Assembly: GCA_016234925.1 (NCBI GenBank)
Contig: JACRNI010000024.1
Coordinates: forward strand, 6,555 to 70,554
From: Deltaproteobacteria bacterium
GTDB lineage: Bacteria; Desulfobacterota; GWC2-55-46; UBA9637; GWC2-42-11
Length of the DNA: 64,000 nucleotides
Direction of reading: 5' to 3'
This document shows positions 41,108-50,222 of this stretch, piece after piece (positions within the stretch are counted from its first letter, which is position 1; each line of letters opens with the position of its first letter). The notes beneath the pieces were generated by a model. That model saw only the letters and a program-made list of their open reading frames with translations, did no database searches and was not told the origin of the DNA. The translations under genes and the position numbers were made by a program.

Positions 41108-42466
41108 ATGAGAATCTTAATCATTGACGATGAAGAATCCATGCGGCACATGCTCTCTTTGATATTGAAAAAAGAGGGCTATGATGTTGTCTGTGCTGAT
41201 AATGCCAAGCAAGCCCTTAATGTATTGGCTAAACAAGAGTTTGGTTTCATCCTCTGTGATATAAAAATGCCAGAGATGGATGGTCTTGAGTTCTTAAAGT
41301 CTTTACTAGCCCCTTGCCCCTTACCCCTATCCCCTGTAGTTATTATGATGTCCGCCTACGGCACAATTGACACTGCAATTGAGTGCATGAAACTCGGCGC
41401 ATACGACTATATCTCAAAGCCGTTTAAGTCTGATGAGATTATTCTTACATTAAAAAAGGCGGAAGAGCGGGAAAGATTGAGAAGGGAAAATTTAAGGCTT
41501 AAACACAGCATTGCAAGAGAATATAATTTTGAAAATATTATTACAAAAAGCAAAGAGATGCTGGATGTCTTTAATCTTATAAAAAAGGTTTGCGATTATG
41601 ATACAACAGTTTTGATTACAGGGGAGAGCGGCACAGGAAAGGAACTTGTTGCAAGGGCGATACATTACAGCGGCGCAAGAAAGGATAAACCATTTATTGC
41701 TGTAAACTGCGGCGCAATACCTCATGCCCTTATTGAGAGCGAACTATTCGGACATATTAAAGGCGCTTTCACAGATGCAATAAAAACAAAGGCAGGGCTT
41801 TTTGAAGAGGCTGACAAAGGGACGCTCTTTCTTGATGAAATCGGCGAATTGCCGGCTGATATGCAGGTAAAGTTGCTGCGGGTCTTGCAGGAAGGCGAGG
41901 TAAGAAAAGTTGGGGACACTAAATCAATAAAAATAGATGTCAGGGTCATTTCAGCGACAACAAAAAATCTTTTAGAAGAAATAAAAAAAGGCAGTTTTAG
42001 AGAAGACCTTTTTTACCGTTTGAATGTTGTAGAAATCCATCTGCCGTCTTTGAGGGAAAGGCAGGACGATATACCTATTCTTGCAGATTATTTCCTGAAA
42101 AGGCACTGTATGAAATTTAGTAAGAATATAAGCATGATAGATAAAGATGCTATGGATTTACTTTTAAGTTATAAATGGCAGGGAAATGTGCGTGAACTGG
42201 AAAATGTAATAGAGAGGGCAGTGATATTGGAAGATACAGATGTGATAACTCCAAATAGTCTGCCGTTTCTGAAACAGACACCAGACACTAGACACCAGAC
42301 ACTAGACAAGGCAATGCTTTCCATAAAAAAGGCAGAGGAGTCAATTGAAAAAGAACTCATAAAAAAGGCGCTTGATATGACGAGTGGCAACAAGACCCAT
42401 GCGGCAAAACTCCTTGAAATAAGCCATCGGGCGCTTTTGTATAAAATCAAGGAGTATGGGTTATAA
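41108..42466 (+). CDS. pilR: sigma-54-dependent response regulator (PilR-like by context)
   Basis: REC domain; 'GESGTGKE'; 'GAFTDA'; Fis HTH. Short in-frame 'APCPLPLS' segment in the REC domain. Confidence 0.75.
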   Translation: MRILIIDDEESMRHMLSLILKKEGYDVVCADNAKQALNVLAKQEFGFILCDIKMPEMDGLEFLKSLLAPCPLPLSPVVIMMSAYGTIDTAIECMKLGAYDYISKPFKSDEIILTLKKAEERERLRRENLRLKHSIAREYNFENIITKSKEMLDVFNLIKKVCDYDTTVLITGESGTGKELVARAIHYSGARKDKPFIAVNCGAIPHALIESELFGHIKGAFTDAIKTKAGLFEEADKGTLFLDEIGELPADMQVKLLRVLQEGEVRKVGDTKSIKIDVRVISATTKNLLEEIKKGSFREDLFYRLNVVEIHLPSLRERQDDIPILADYFLKRHCMKFSKNISMIDKDAMDLLLSYKWQGNVRELENVIERAVILEDTDVITPNSLPFLKQTPDTRHQTLDKAMLSIKKAEESIEKELIKKALDMTSGNKTHAAKLLEISHRALLYKIKEYGL

Positions 42467-42498
42467 AGACAGGGGGCAAGGGTCAAGGGGTCAAAAAG

Positions 42499-42556
42499 TG
42501 GTAGCCGCAGGCTTTATGCCTGCGAAATATCGCACCCATAAAGGGTGCGGCTACCT
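42499..42556. repeat. REP/BIME-like element, family B
   Basis: Preceded by GGGTCAAGG 9-mers at 42466..42498. Confidence 0.7.
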
Positions 42557-42673
42557 ATGGATATCAAAAAACTATTGTCGTTCAGTATAACTATTTTGAA
42601 TAACTATTTTTAATTGACAAAAAATAATAGTCATACTATAGTATAACCATTATCATACTGGAGGTAATAGGCA

Positions 42674-42928
42674 ATGAAGGCAGTTAAATTTGCAGTAAGT
42701 ATGCATGAGGAAGATTATAAAGACCTTGAAGCAATAAGGAAGGAAGAAAAATTATCAAGGAGCGGTGTTATTGCAGAGGCTATAAGGCTTTTAAAGGAAT
42801 TCAGGGAAAAAGAGAAACTTGTAAGGCAGTATGAGGAAGGATATAAAAAAATGCCGGAAGAATTGGCGAATATAAAGGCATGGGAAAGGGTTTCTGCGGA
42901 GGTCTTTTCTAAAGGGGAGTGGCAATGA
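42674..42928 (+). CDS. putative antitoxin (MazE/PemI-like) of the downstream MazF
   Basis: 84 aa; overlaps the toxin start. Confidence 0.45.
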   Translation: MKAVKFAVSMHEEDYKDLEAIRKEEKLSRSGVIAEAIRLLKEFREKEKLVRQYEEGYKKMPEELANIKAWERVSAEVFSKGEWQ

Positions 42929-43239
42929 GAAAAGGCGAAGTCTGGTGGGCAGAAATGCCTTCTCCTATTGGAAAGCGGCCTGTGGTGCTGCTTTCAAGAG
43001 ACGAGGCATATGCTGTTAGAAACGCAGTAACGATTGCAGAGGTAACTGCTACTATCCGCAATATACCTGTTGAAGTTCCACTTGGACGGGAAGACGGCTT
43101 GCCAAAAAAATGTGTGGTAAATCTTGACACAATTGCTACTGTGCGTAAAGAGGTTTTAAAAGAAAGGATATGTCTTCTATCAAGTGAAAAGATAGACGAG
43201 ATAAATTCTGCTGTCAAATTTGCATTGGATATTACATAA
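42919..43239 (+). CDS. mazF: MazF/PemK-family endoribonuclease toxin
   Basis: 'RKGEVWWAEMPSPIGKRPVVLLSRDEAY'. Confidence 0.8.
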   Translation: MAMRKGEVWWAEMPSPIGKRPVVLLSRDEAYAVRNAVTIAEVTATIRNIPVEVPLGREDGLPKKCVVNLDTIATVRKEVLKERICLLSSEKIDEINSAVKFALDIT

Positions 43240-43350
43240 TTGCGATAACTATGAAAAAATTTCATAACAAAAATTGGCAATATATCGATTGGTCTGAATT
43301 TGGAATCTTAAAAGCACAGCAATTTTAATATGTTACAAAAATAATAGGTT

Positions 43351-43366
43351 TGGCATTATAATTGCT
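43351..43366 (+). promoter_or_regulatory. sigma-54 promoter (-24 TGGCAT / -12 TTGCT) upstream of the minor-pilin operon
   Basis: TGGCAT-tataa-TTGCT, matching the TGGCAC-N5-TTGCW spacing; downstream of the PilR-like activator. Confidence 0.5.
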
Positions 43367-43379
43367 GTATTAACAGACT

Positions 43380-43484
43380 GTAGTTGCCCAATCCTGCCCC
43401 TGCAGGCTGTAAGCAGGGGTCATTGGGCTGTAGTCGCCGACTTTCAGGTCGGCGGACAAAGCGGACATAAATGTCCGCAACTAC
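43380..43484. repeat. REP/BIME-like element, family I (gtagttgcc-hairpins-gcaactac), in the pilin-operon leader
   Basis: Second copy at 51524..51577. Confidence 0.55.
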
Positions 43485-43536
43485 ATTTTTTAAAAAAACG
43501 CAGATAAATCCGCTAAACTACATTAAAGGATTAGTT

Positions 43537-44097
43537 ATGAACAATCAAAAAGGCATGACACTAATTGAACTCATTATAGTTGTGGTTATTATGGGTGTTA
43601 TGTTTATTATGGCAATACCGACATTTACTTCCACATCACACAGCAAACTTAAATCCGCTGTCAGGGATGTGGCAACAGAATTACAGATGGCAAGGATGAA
43701 GGCAATATATAGGAATGTAGAATTCAGGGTGTTGTTTAGTCCTGGTTCGCCATTTGGCTATAAACTTGAAAAAGGTAATAAGGCATCTGGTTCTGATACA
43801 TGGACAAATGACCATGCTGCAGTTGCAGGTTATAATACAAGTTCTGCATGCAGCAGCAGCAGTCTTAATGCAAATGGTTATTTCTGTATTGAAGGGGTTA
43901 CCATAACAGTTACTGGTTCACTCTCCAGTGGTGCGCAGTTTAATACAAACGGCACATCGTCTTCAGGCAGCATAAGATTCAAAAACCTAAATGATTCAAA
44001 TGACAAATCATACATAAGTTTAAGTGATACTACAGGAAGAGTAAATATAGTAGACTGTACAAAGGTGACGGGTGATACTATATGCGGTGCGTTTTAA
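43537..44097 (+). CDS. type IV minor pilin, FimT/GspH-like
   Basis: Prepilin motif 'QKG|MTLIELIIV' with E at +5; GspH-like 'LKSAVRDVATELQMARMKAI'. Confidence 0.7.
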   Translation: MNNQKGMTLIELIIVVVIMGVMFIMAIPTFTSTSHSKLKSAVRDVATELQMARMKAIYRNVEFRVLFSPGSPFGYKLEKGNKASGSDTWTNDHAAVAGYNTSSACSSSSLNANGYFCIEGVTITVTGSLSSGAQFNTNGTSSSGSIRFKNLNDSNDKSYISLSDTTGRVNIVDCTKVTGDTICGAF

Positions 44098-44108
44098 AAT
44101 AATTATGA

Positions 44109-44765
44109 ATGGATGATGCTATGAAAGACATTTCAAACAATAAAGGCTTTACCCCGTTACACCCAGAAAATCTCACCAAAGTGCTACGGGGTAAATGGCA
44201 TGTAGGACAGGGTGTAACGGGGTTTACCTTCGTAGAGGTTCTTATAGCAATTGCAATCCTTGCCATTGCAGTTATAGGTCTTGCAAGCATGTCTGGCAAT
44301 GCGTATAGAGGCGTTGATTCTGCCAAGAAACTTTCAGCAGCATCAAACCTTGCCGAGTCAAAACTAGAGGCATTGAGGGCAATGGCATATGCAAAACTTG
44401 AGATAACAGGCTTATCAAGTGAATCTGACAGCGGCGGCATTACAAGGACATGCACTCCTCCATACGCCTGCTCTGGCAATACTGCATTATCAAGCATATC
44501 CAGCGCAAACGGCAGCATTACAAGGGCATGCCCTGCATCAGGAACAGGATGCACTACAGTTTATACATGTATACCAACTACAGCAGAACCTCCTATAAAC
44601 AGTGTTACTTACACATGGTTTTGGAAGACTATGATAGTTAATGCTGATGGAAATGGCGAATGTTCATCATCAGGCGATGGATTAAAAATAGTGGATATGT
44701 ATGTTCAATGGACAGACACATTTGGAACAAGGACAGCGCAACTGCAAACATTGAGGGCGAAGTAG
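44109..44765 (+). CDS. type IV minor pilin, PilV-like
   Basis: 'G|FTFVEVLIAIAILAIAVIGL'. Confidence 0.65.
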   Translation: MDDAMKDISNNKGFTPLHPENLTKVLRGKWHVGQGVTGFTFVEVLIAIAILAIAVIGLASMSGNAYRGVDSAKKLSAASNLAESKLEALRAMAYAKLEITGLSSESDSGGITRTCTPPYACSGNTALSSISSANGSITRACPASGTGCTTVYTCIPTTAEPPINSVTYTWFWKTMIVNADGNGECSSSGDGLKIVDMYVQWTDTFGTRTAQLQTLRAK

Positions 44766-44784
44766 ATTGGGCAAATAAAAGTAG

Positions 44785-44838
44785 GTAGCCGCAACCTTTA
44801 GGTTGCGTAAAATACCGCAGGCTAAAGCCTGCGGCTAC
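44785..44838. repeat. REP/BIME-like element, family B
   Basis: Between the PilV-like gene and the giant pilin gene. Confidence 0.7.
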
Positions 44839-44855
44839 AATAGAGGGCAGATACA

Positions 44856-47800
44856 ATGACTATAATAACAACCAAAAAAGGCTTTACAATCGTTGAACTC
44901 ATGATTGCCCTTGCTCTTACAGGTATTATTCTTGCAGCGGTCTATGGCGTTTATATTGCATTTTACAAGACATCAGGCTCGCAGGATTTAATGATAGAGG
45001 CGCAGCAGAATGCAAAGGCAGGCATTGCTGTTATTGAAAGGGATTTGATAAATGCAGGACTTAATGCAGGCACGGCAGATGTTTTTCCGTATAAAACAGC
45101 AACATGGGTAACAACATCCTATTCAATGGTATTTAGATACAGAGACCCGCGAGAAACACTTGATACAACAAAGGCAAAAAAGGAAGTTTGGTATGGTCTG
45201 GTAGATAAAAATGGCGATCAGGTTGTTACAGCTACAGGTGCAGGAACATGCAGCGCCAGCGATGAGCCTTGTCATCTTGTCCGAAAGATTTGTTATGATA
45301 CAGATAATAATGGGGTTTTTGATAATAGTTGCACAGGCAATGAAAAAGTTGTTGCTTATGTTGATAATCTTACATTCACCTATTATGATGGTAATGGCGG
45401 ACTAATAGCCGATACTAGTATTGATGGAAATACTGCTGCTGAACAGGACAACCGAAACCTCATAAGGCTCGTCAAAGTTTCTTTAACCACAAAGACAAGC
45501 GCTAAACTGCCGACAAAGGATGACTATTCAACAGTTACTTTAACAACTCAGGTAAATTTAAGAAACATGGGCGTAACAGGAACGGCTTCAGATACAACAG
45601 CTCCTGACGAGCCGACAAGTGTAGCAGTCAGAGACCCGCAAATCTGCGGCAAGTTGAGTGTCAACTGGACAAAGTCAAATGCAACAGATGTCGCAGGCTA
45701 TAAGATATATTACGGCACAGCAGCAGGCGCATATACAGGCGTAGTCTCTGTTTCGCTTTCAAGCCTTACAGAGTCAAGCGGCACATATACATATACAATC
45801 CAGCCGACAAATCAAGACGGCACTAATGCGCTTCAATATTCAAAATCCGACGGCACAAGCACCACTATGTACTATATAGCAATGAAGGCTTATGATAATT
45901 CTGGTAATTTAAGCGCAAGTTATTCAAATGAGGTGTCAGGCAATCCAACACCAAGCAGCTCAACTCATGGCAGCGGCAGTAATGACACAACCATAAACCC
46001 TGTCAAACCAGCAGCGCCAACTGCATTTACAGGGGCAAATGGACCTGCTAATTATCAGGTAAGTCTTTCATGGACAGGCTCAGGCGCAACTGATTTAGCA
46101 GGCTATAGAATTTATAGAGACACAGCAGCATTTACAACATATCCAATAGATGCATCAAAACAGATTGCATGTGAAACAGGGTGCGCAAATGTAGTTGGCA
46201 AGAGCGCCACCACCTTTACTGATACATCAGCAGGGCTTATAGGCTGTCAGGTCTATTATTATGCAATTGCCGCTGTGAACTGCGATGGAACGCTTGTAAC
46301 AAATGATGCTGGCGATGATGATACAAAGAGATATATCTCAACTAATTATGCAGTAACATACGGCGATGGCGCTGAAAGCGGGGCAGATTCACCTGACGGC
46401 TCTGACACTGCGCCGCCTGACACTGTTGCGCCATCTGCGCCATCAGGTTTTGGTGTCAGGGCAGGCTGGAAAAGGGTTGCAGTATCCCTTACACAGCCGC
46501 CTGATACTGATTTAGACCAAACCTGCGTTTATGCCAATCAGGGCGCCGCTTATCCAACACTAGATACAGGTGCGTCAAAAGAAAGCGGATGTTATCAGGT
46601 TGCTGCCGGCGCCCGTGCCTATGGACCGCCTTCAGATATTTCAACAGACGGTATATTTACAGTTTCTGAACTTGCCGCAAGCACATCAAAGTCTTACTGG
46701 CACAATTCTATGCTAATCTCTACTGACACGCCTTCTCTCCTTGAGACAGGAACATACTCATATGGGGCTGTTGCATTTGACAAATGCGGCAATGCCTCTA
46801 ATGTTGCCCAAGCACAAGACAGCACCACACTCTGCGGCGAAGACCCTATAGGAAAACCCCCTGCTCCAACCGGGCCTCTTGCAAGCGCATGTTCTTCACC
46901 TGTTACCATTACATGGACAGCAGTTCCAAGTATTGCGGGCGGCACAAATTCTGACCTTGCAGGCTATAGGATATTCAGAAGCGCAAATTCTTCGGACTGG
47001 AGCGGGGCGGCTTTACTCAATCCTCCTCCTGATGCACCTTTCTGGGGGACAAGTTATAATGATACGGGCATTGCTGACGGCGGAGAATATTATTACAGGA
47101 TAACATCAACAGACTGTCCTTATGAAAAGGGCGATGATACTGGCGGCATAACCCCAACAATAGCCCAGATGACGAATCATATGTCAACTGGCTTTCTTAA
47201 TTCTGCGCAAGTGGGCCCTGTTTATACAGGCAAGATTGACAGGGATGAAAAGACAAGCGCAGTTCAGGACAGCCATCTTGAGGTATTGACAGGCAAGGAT
47301 GCTAAAATAGGCAGTTCAGAGCCTACTGCATACGATTATTATCACAACACAGTTACCTTGTATTTTGAAAACACAAGTTCAGGCACAGTTATAAGCGGAA
47401 AATCACTTGTAATAACAGGCATAGACCAGATGAGTTGGAATAATCCAAGCGCATGCCTTAAAAAGATTACAATAGGAGGCTCTCCGTCAACAGCAGGGAC
47501 ATCTCAAGAAGTTGTATGGGATAATGCTCTAGTCTGCACAAACCCAACAGGCGTAATTGATGGACTTATAGATAAAGAGATAATGGCTTCTGACAGGCAT
47601 GTGCCAATCACATTTGAATGGACAAAAACAGACGGCACAATTGATAATACCTCTGATATGCGTAATTCCAATGTTCGTGTGAAATTAAAGGTTGAGAATA
47701 ATTCAACAACAGGCACTGACTCATGCAGCGCCTATCTCACATATTCAGGTGGAGATGCGCTAATTTATGTGCCAAGTGGTCCAACTATATATACCCCTTC

Positions 47801-49316
47801 GCAGGATAAACCAAGTTCTTTAACAACACCTTATGAGGCAACAAGCGGTAATAATCCATCAAACAATCCATCAGTTATAAGTGTTGCAGGCGGGAATAAT
47901 GTAAATGTTACTATAACAACAGCAGACGGAACATACGATGGCGTTACTGTGGCCGTTGACAGTGTTGCAGTTGCATCCCCAGCAAATGAATCCGCAAATG
48001 TTGTTTTATATTACATAACCACTGACCAGAGTGTAACACAGGCGCCTCAATACACTGGCGCAAATTATACTGCAATAAATATGTTTAAGACTGCTGCAAA
48101 TACATATAGTCTATTAAGCGGCGCTGCAAGTTGCGCAACAACACCAACTGCAACACATGCAAGCGACAGACGAATCCCTGCGCAGGCAAGCGCAAAGAGG
48201 GTTTGGTATTTTATCGTTGTTAAAGATACAGAAGGCAATTTTGACAGGGCGCCGGAGGTGGTTGATACCAGCGCATATTACACAGCATATACATATGACC
48301 AAGGGGCATTTGCTGTTTGCGATGTAACACCTGCTGCGCCGACAAGCCTTACCGCTAGTCTAGTAACAGATGATGTTACGCTTTCATGGACAGCATCGAC
48401 CACATACAGCGATGGCGGGTGTAAGAGCGCAAGCGATTCCTTCAACTATAGGATATATAGAGGAGGCGCACAGATTGGGGCAGATCAGGCAGGCGCTGCT
48501 ATATGTAACGCAGAAAATATTTGCACTTATGCAGATAACAACCTTGCAAACGGCATATATTCCTACTATGTAAAGGCAAAGAATTCCTGTGCAACAGAGG
48601 AAAGATTGAGCAGCGCATCTAATACTGCTGTGAAGTGCGTTGGCAGCGCCGGACAGGTGTTGTCTGTAGATAAAACCTCAATGCTTGCAAACGATAGTTT
48701 TACCGTAACAGTTAATGATTGCAGTCTGGCAGGGGGTGCAACGCCAGATACTGTAAATAATGTTACAACAAGTTCAAGCAGCAGAGATACTGATATATTC
48801 TCAATTGTAGATAATGGAAATCTAGGGGAATTTACGCAGACAATAACCACCACCACCACACTCCCTGCATCAGATAGTCTGACAGAACTTTATACCAATA
48901 CCTCTGATACCATAACTGTTACATTGGCAGGGGCCACAGGTTCACCCAAGACAATAACTGTTTCAGCTGACCCGTGCAACAATACGCCGAGCGCGCCTGT
49001 ATTAAATTCATCAGTCGTCGTCTCAGGTCAGAACATGACAATTTCGTGGACAGGTGTAACCACTAATACCGATAGCACAGCCATTACTGACCTTGCAGGA
49101 TACAAGATATATGAAAAGTGCGTGAACGGCAGCCAGAACTGCACCGGCGGGACTGACTGGTTTGTAAGGGCAACCGCAGGTTCAACAGCAACATCATATA
49201 CACTCAGCGCGGATTACGGCAACTTACAGCAGAGGACATACTACTTCAAGATTACGGCATATGACAGTTGTTCAACACCTAAAGAAAGCGGATACTCTAA
49301 TACAGTTAATGAATGA
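44856..49316 (+). CDS. giant (1486 aa) PilW-like type IV minor pilin with Fn3-like, Thr/Ser-rich adhesin extension
   Basis: 'KKG|FTIVELMIALALTGIIL'; repeated Fn3-like 'LSWT...DLAGYRIYR' signatures at least five times; no internal stops. Confidence 0.7.
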   Translation: MTIITTKKGFTIVELMIALALTGIILAAVYGVYIAFYKTSGSQDLMIEAQQNAKAGIAVIERDLINAGLNAGTADVFPYKTATWVTTSYSMVFRYRDPRETLDTTKAKKEVWYGLVDKNGDQVVTATGAGTCSASDEPCHLVRKICYDTDNNGVFDNSCTGNEKVVAYVDNLTFTYYDGNGGLIADTSIDGNTAAEQDNRNLIRLVKVSLTTKTSAKLPTKDDYSTVTLTTQVNLRNMGVTGTASDTTAPDEPTSVAVRDPQICGKLSVNWTKSNATDVAGYKIYYGTAAGAYTGVVSVSLSSLTESSGTYTYTIQPTNQDGTNALQYSKSDGTSTTMYYIAMKAYDNSGNLSASYSNEVSGNPTPSSSTHGSGSNDTTINPVKPAAPTAFTGANGPANYQVSLSWTGSGATDLAGYRIYRDTAAFTTYPIDASKQIACETGCANVVGKSATTFTDTSAGLIGCQVYYYAIAAVNCDGTLVTNDAGDDDTKRYISTNYAVTYGDGAESGADSPDGSDTAPPDTVAPSAPSGFGVRAGWKRVAVSLTQPPDTDLDQTCVYANQGAAYPTLDTGASKESGCYQVAAGARAYGPPSDISTDGIFTVSELAASTSKSYWHNSMLISTDTPSLLETGTYSYGAVAFDKCGNASNVAQAQDSTTLCGEDPIGKPPAPTGPLASACSSPVTITWTAVPSIAGGTNSDLAGYRIFRSANSSDWSGAALLNPPPDAPFWGTSYNDTGIADGGEYYYRITSTDCPYEKGDDTGGITPTIAQMTNHMSTGFLNSAQVGPVYTGKIDRDEKTSAVQDSHLEVLTGKDAKIGSSEPTAYDYYHNTVTLYFENTSSGTVISGKSLVITGIDQMSWNNPSACLKKITIGGSPSTAGTSQEVVWDNALVCTNPTGVIDGLIDKEIMASDRHVPITFEWTKTDGTIDNTSDMRNSNVRVKLKVENNSTTGTDSCSAYLTYSGGDALIYVPSGPTIYTPSQDKPSSLTTPYEATSGNNPSNNPSVISVAGGNNVNVTITTADGTYDGVTVAVDSVAVASPANESANVVLYYITTDQSVTQAPQYTGANYTAINMFKTAANTYSLLSGAASCATTPTATHASDRRIPAQASAKRVWYFIVVKDTEGNFDRAPEVVDTSAYYTAYTYDQGAFAVCDVTPAAPTSLTASLVTDDVTLSWTASTTYSDGGCKSASDSFNYRIYRGGAQIGADQAGAAICNAENICTYADNNLANGIYSYYVKAKNSCATEERLSSASNTAVKCVGSAGQVLSVDKTSMLANDSFTVTVNDCSLAGGATPDTVNNVTTSSSSRDTDIFSIVDNGNLGEFTQTITTTTTLPASDSLTELYTNTSDTITVTLAGATGSPKTITVSADPCNNTPSAPVLNSSVVVSGQNMTISWTGVTTNTDSTAITDLAGYKIYEKCVNGSQNCTGGTDWFVRATAGSTATSYTLSADYGNLQQRTYYFKITAYDSCSTPKESGYSNTVNE

Positions 49317-49415
49317 AAATTTGCAGTAAGTAGGGTGGGCTTTGCCCACCAAAAAAGGAAAACATATATATCGGTGGGCAATGCCAACCTTACCACTGAT
49401 GATGGATGAAACAGC

Positions 49416-49916
49416 ATGAAAAAACTTAAACTTTATCTTGATACCTCTGTGCTAAACTTTTTATTTGCTGATGATGCGCCTGAATTTAAGAAGGTTACTA
49501 GAGAGTTTTTTGAGATGGTCAATGCCGGGAAAAACTTTGAGGTTTATATTTCAGATATTGTAATAAATGAAATAACCAAAACGAGCAATACAAGGAAAAA
49601 AAGCCGGCTCTTATCCATTATTGATAATTATCATATTGTAAGGCTGTCTAATGATAAGGATTTTGAAGTAAGTAAACTTGCGGAAATCTATTTAAGCAAA
49701 GGTATCATACCAAAGGTAAAGATAGAAGACGCGCTGCATATTGCCTATGCTGTAGTTTTTGAAATGGATGTGCTTTTAAGTTGGAATTTTAAACATCTTG
49801 CAAATATAAAAAAGGAGAGGGAAGTGCTGTTGACAAACATGGAGAATGGTTATAATTATCCGATAAGAATTGTAACACCGATGGAGGTTGATTATGAAGA
49901 CAACGAAAATTTCTAA
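49416..49916 (+). CDS. PIN-domain protein (VapC-like)
   Basis: 'LYLDTSVLNF', acidic residues, 'LSWNFKHL'. Confidence 0.7.
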   Translation: MKKLKLYLDTSVLNFLFADDAPEFKKVTREFFEMVNAGKNFEVYISDIVINEITKTSNTRKKSRLLSIIDNYHIVRLSNDKDFEVSKLAEIYLSKGIIPKVKIEDALHIAYAVVFEMDVLLSWNFKHLANIKKEREVLLTNMENGYNYPIRIVTPMEVDYEDNENF

Positions 49917-50094
49917 TGCGCTGGAAGAAGTATGGGAATGGAAAAAAAAATGCTATGAAGAGTCAAAGGATATGACAATTCTAAATTATCTAAAGAAGAT
50001 TCATAAGAATGCAGATGCTGTTTTATCGGAAATGGATTTTTTGAAGGGAAAAAGGTTGAGCAAAAAGACGTCCCGTAAATCTGTAAGTTGTTAA
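49888..50094 (+). CDS. hypothetical small protein overlapping the PIN gene 3' end
   Basis: ORF only. Confidence 0.3.
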   Translation: MIMKTTKISNALEEVWEWKKKCYEESKDMTILNYLKKIHKNADAVLSEMDFLKGKRLSKKTSRKSVSC

Positions 50095-50222
50095 CAAGCA
50101 GGGCGGGGTATCCCTGCAAAATGCAGGAGTGCATTTATGACACCTGAAACATCAAAAAATAGGTATATGCCGTTGAATAAAGAGGGGATTATGCAAGGGA
50201 TTACAAATATTTTGGAGCAAAT

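Noticed and set aside
43380-43484. c-di-GMP (GEMM) riboswitch in the pilin operon leader
   Set aside because: No GEMM consensus. The structure is a member of the REP-like family I, also found at 51524.
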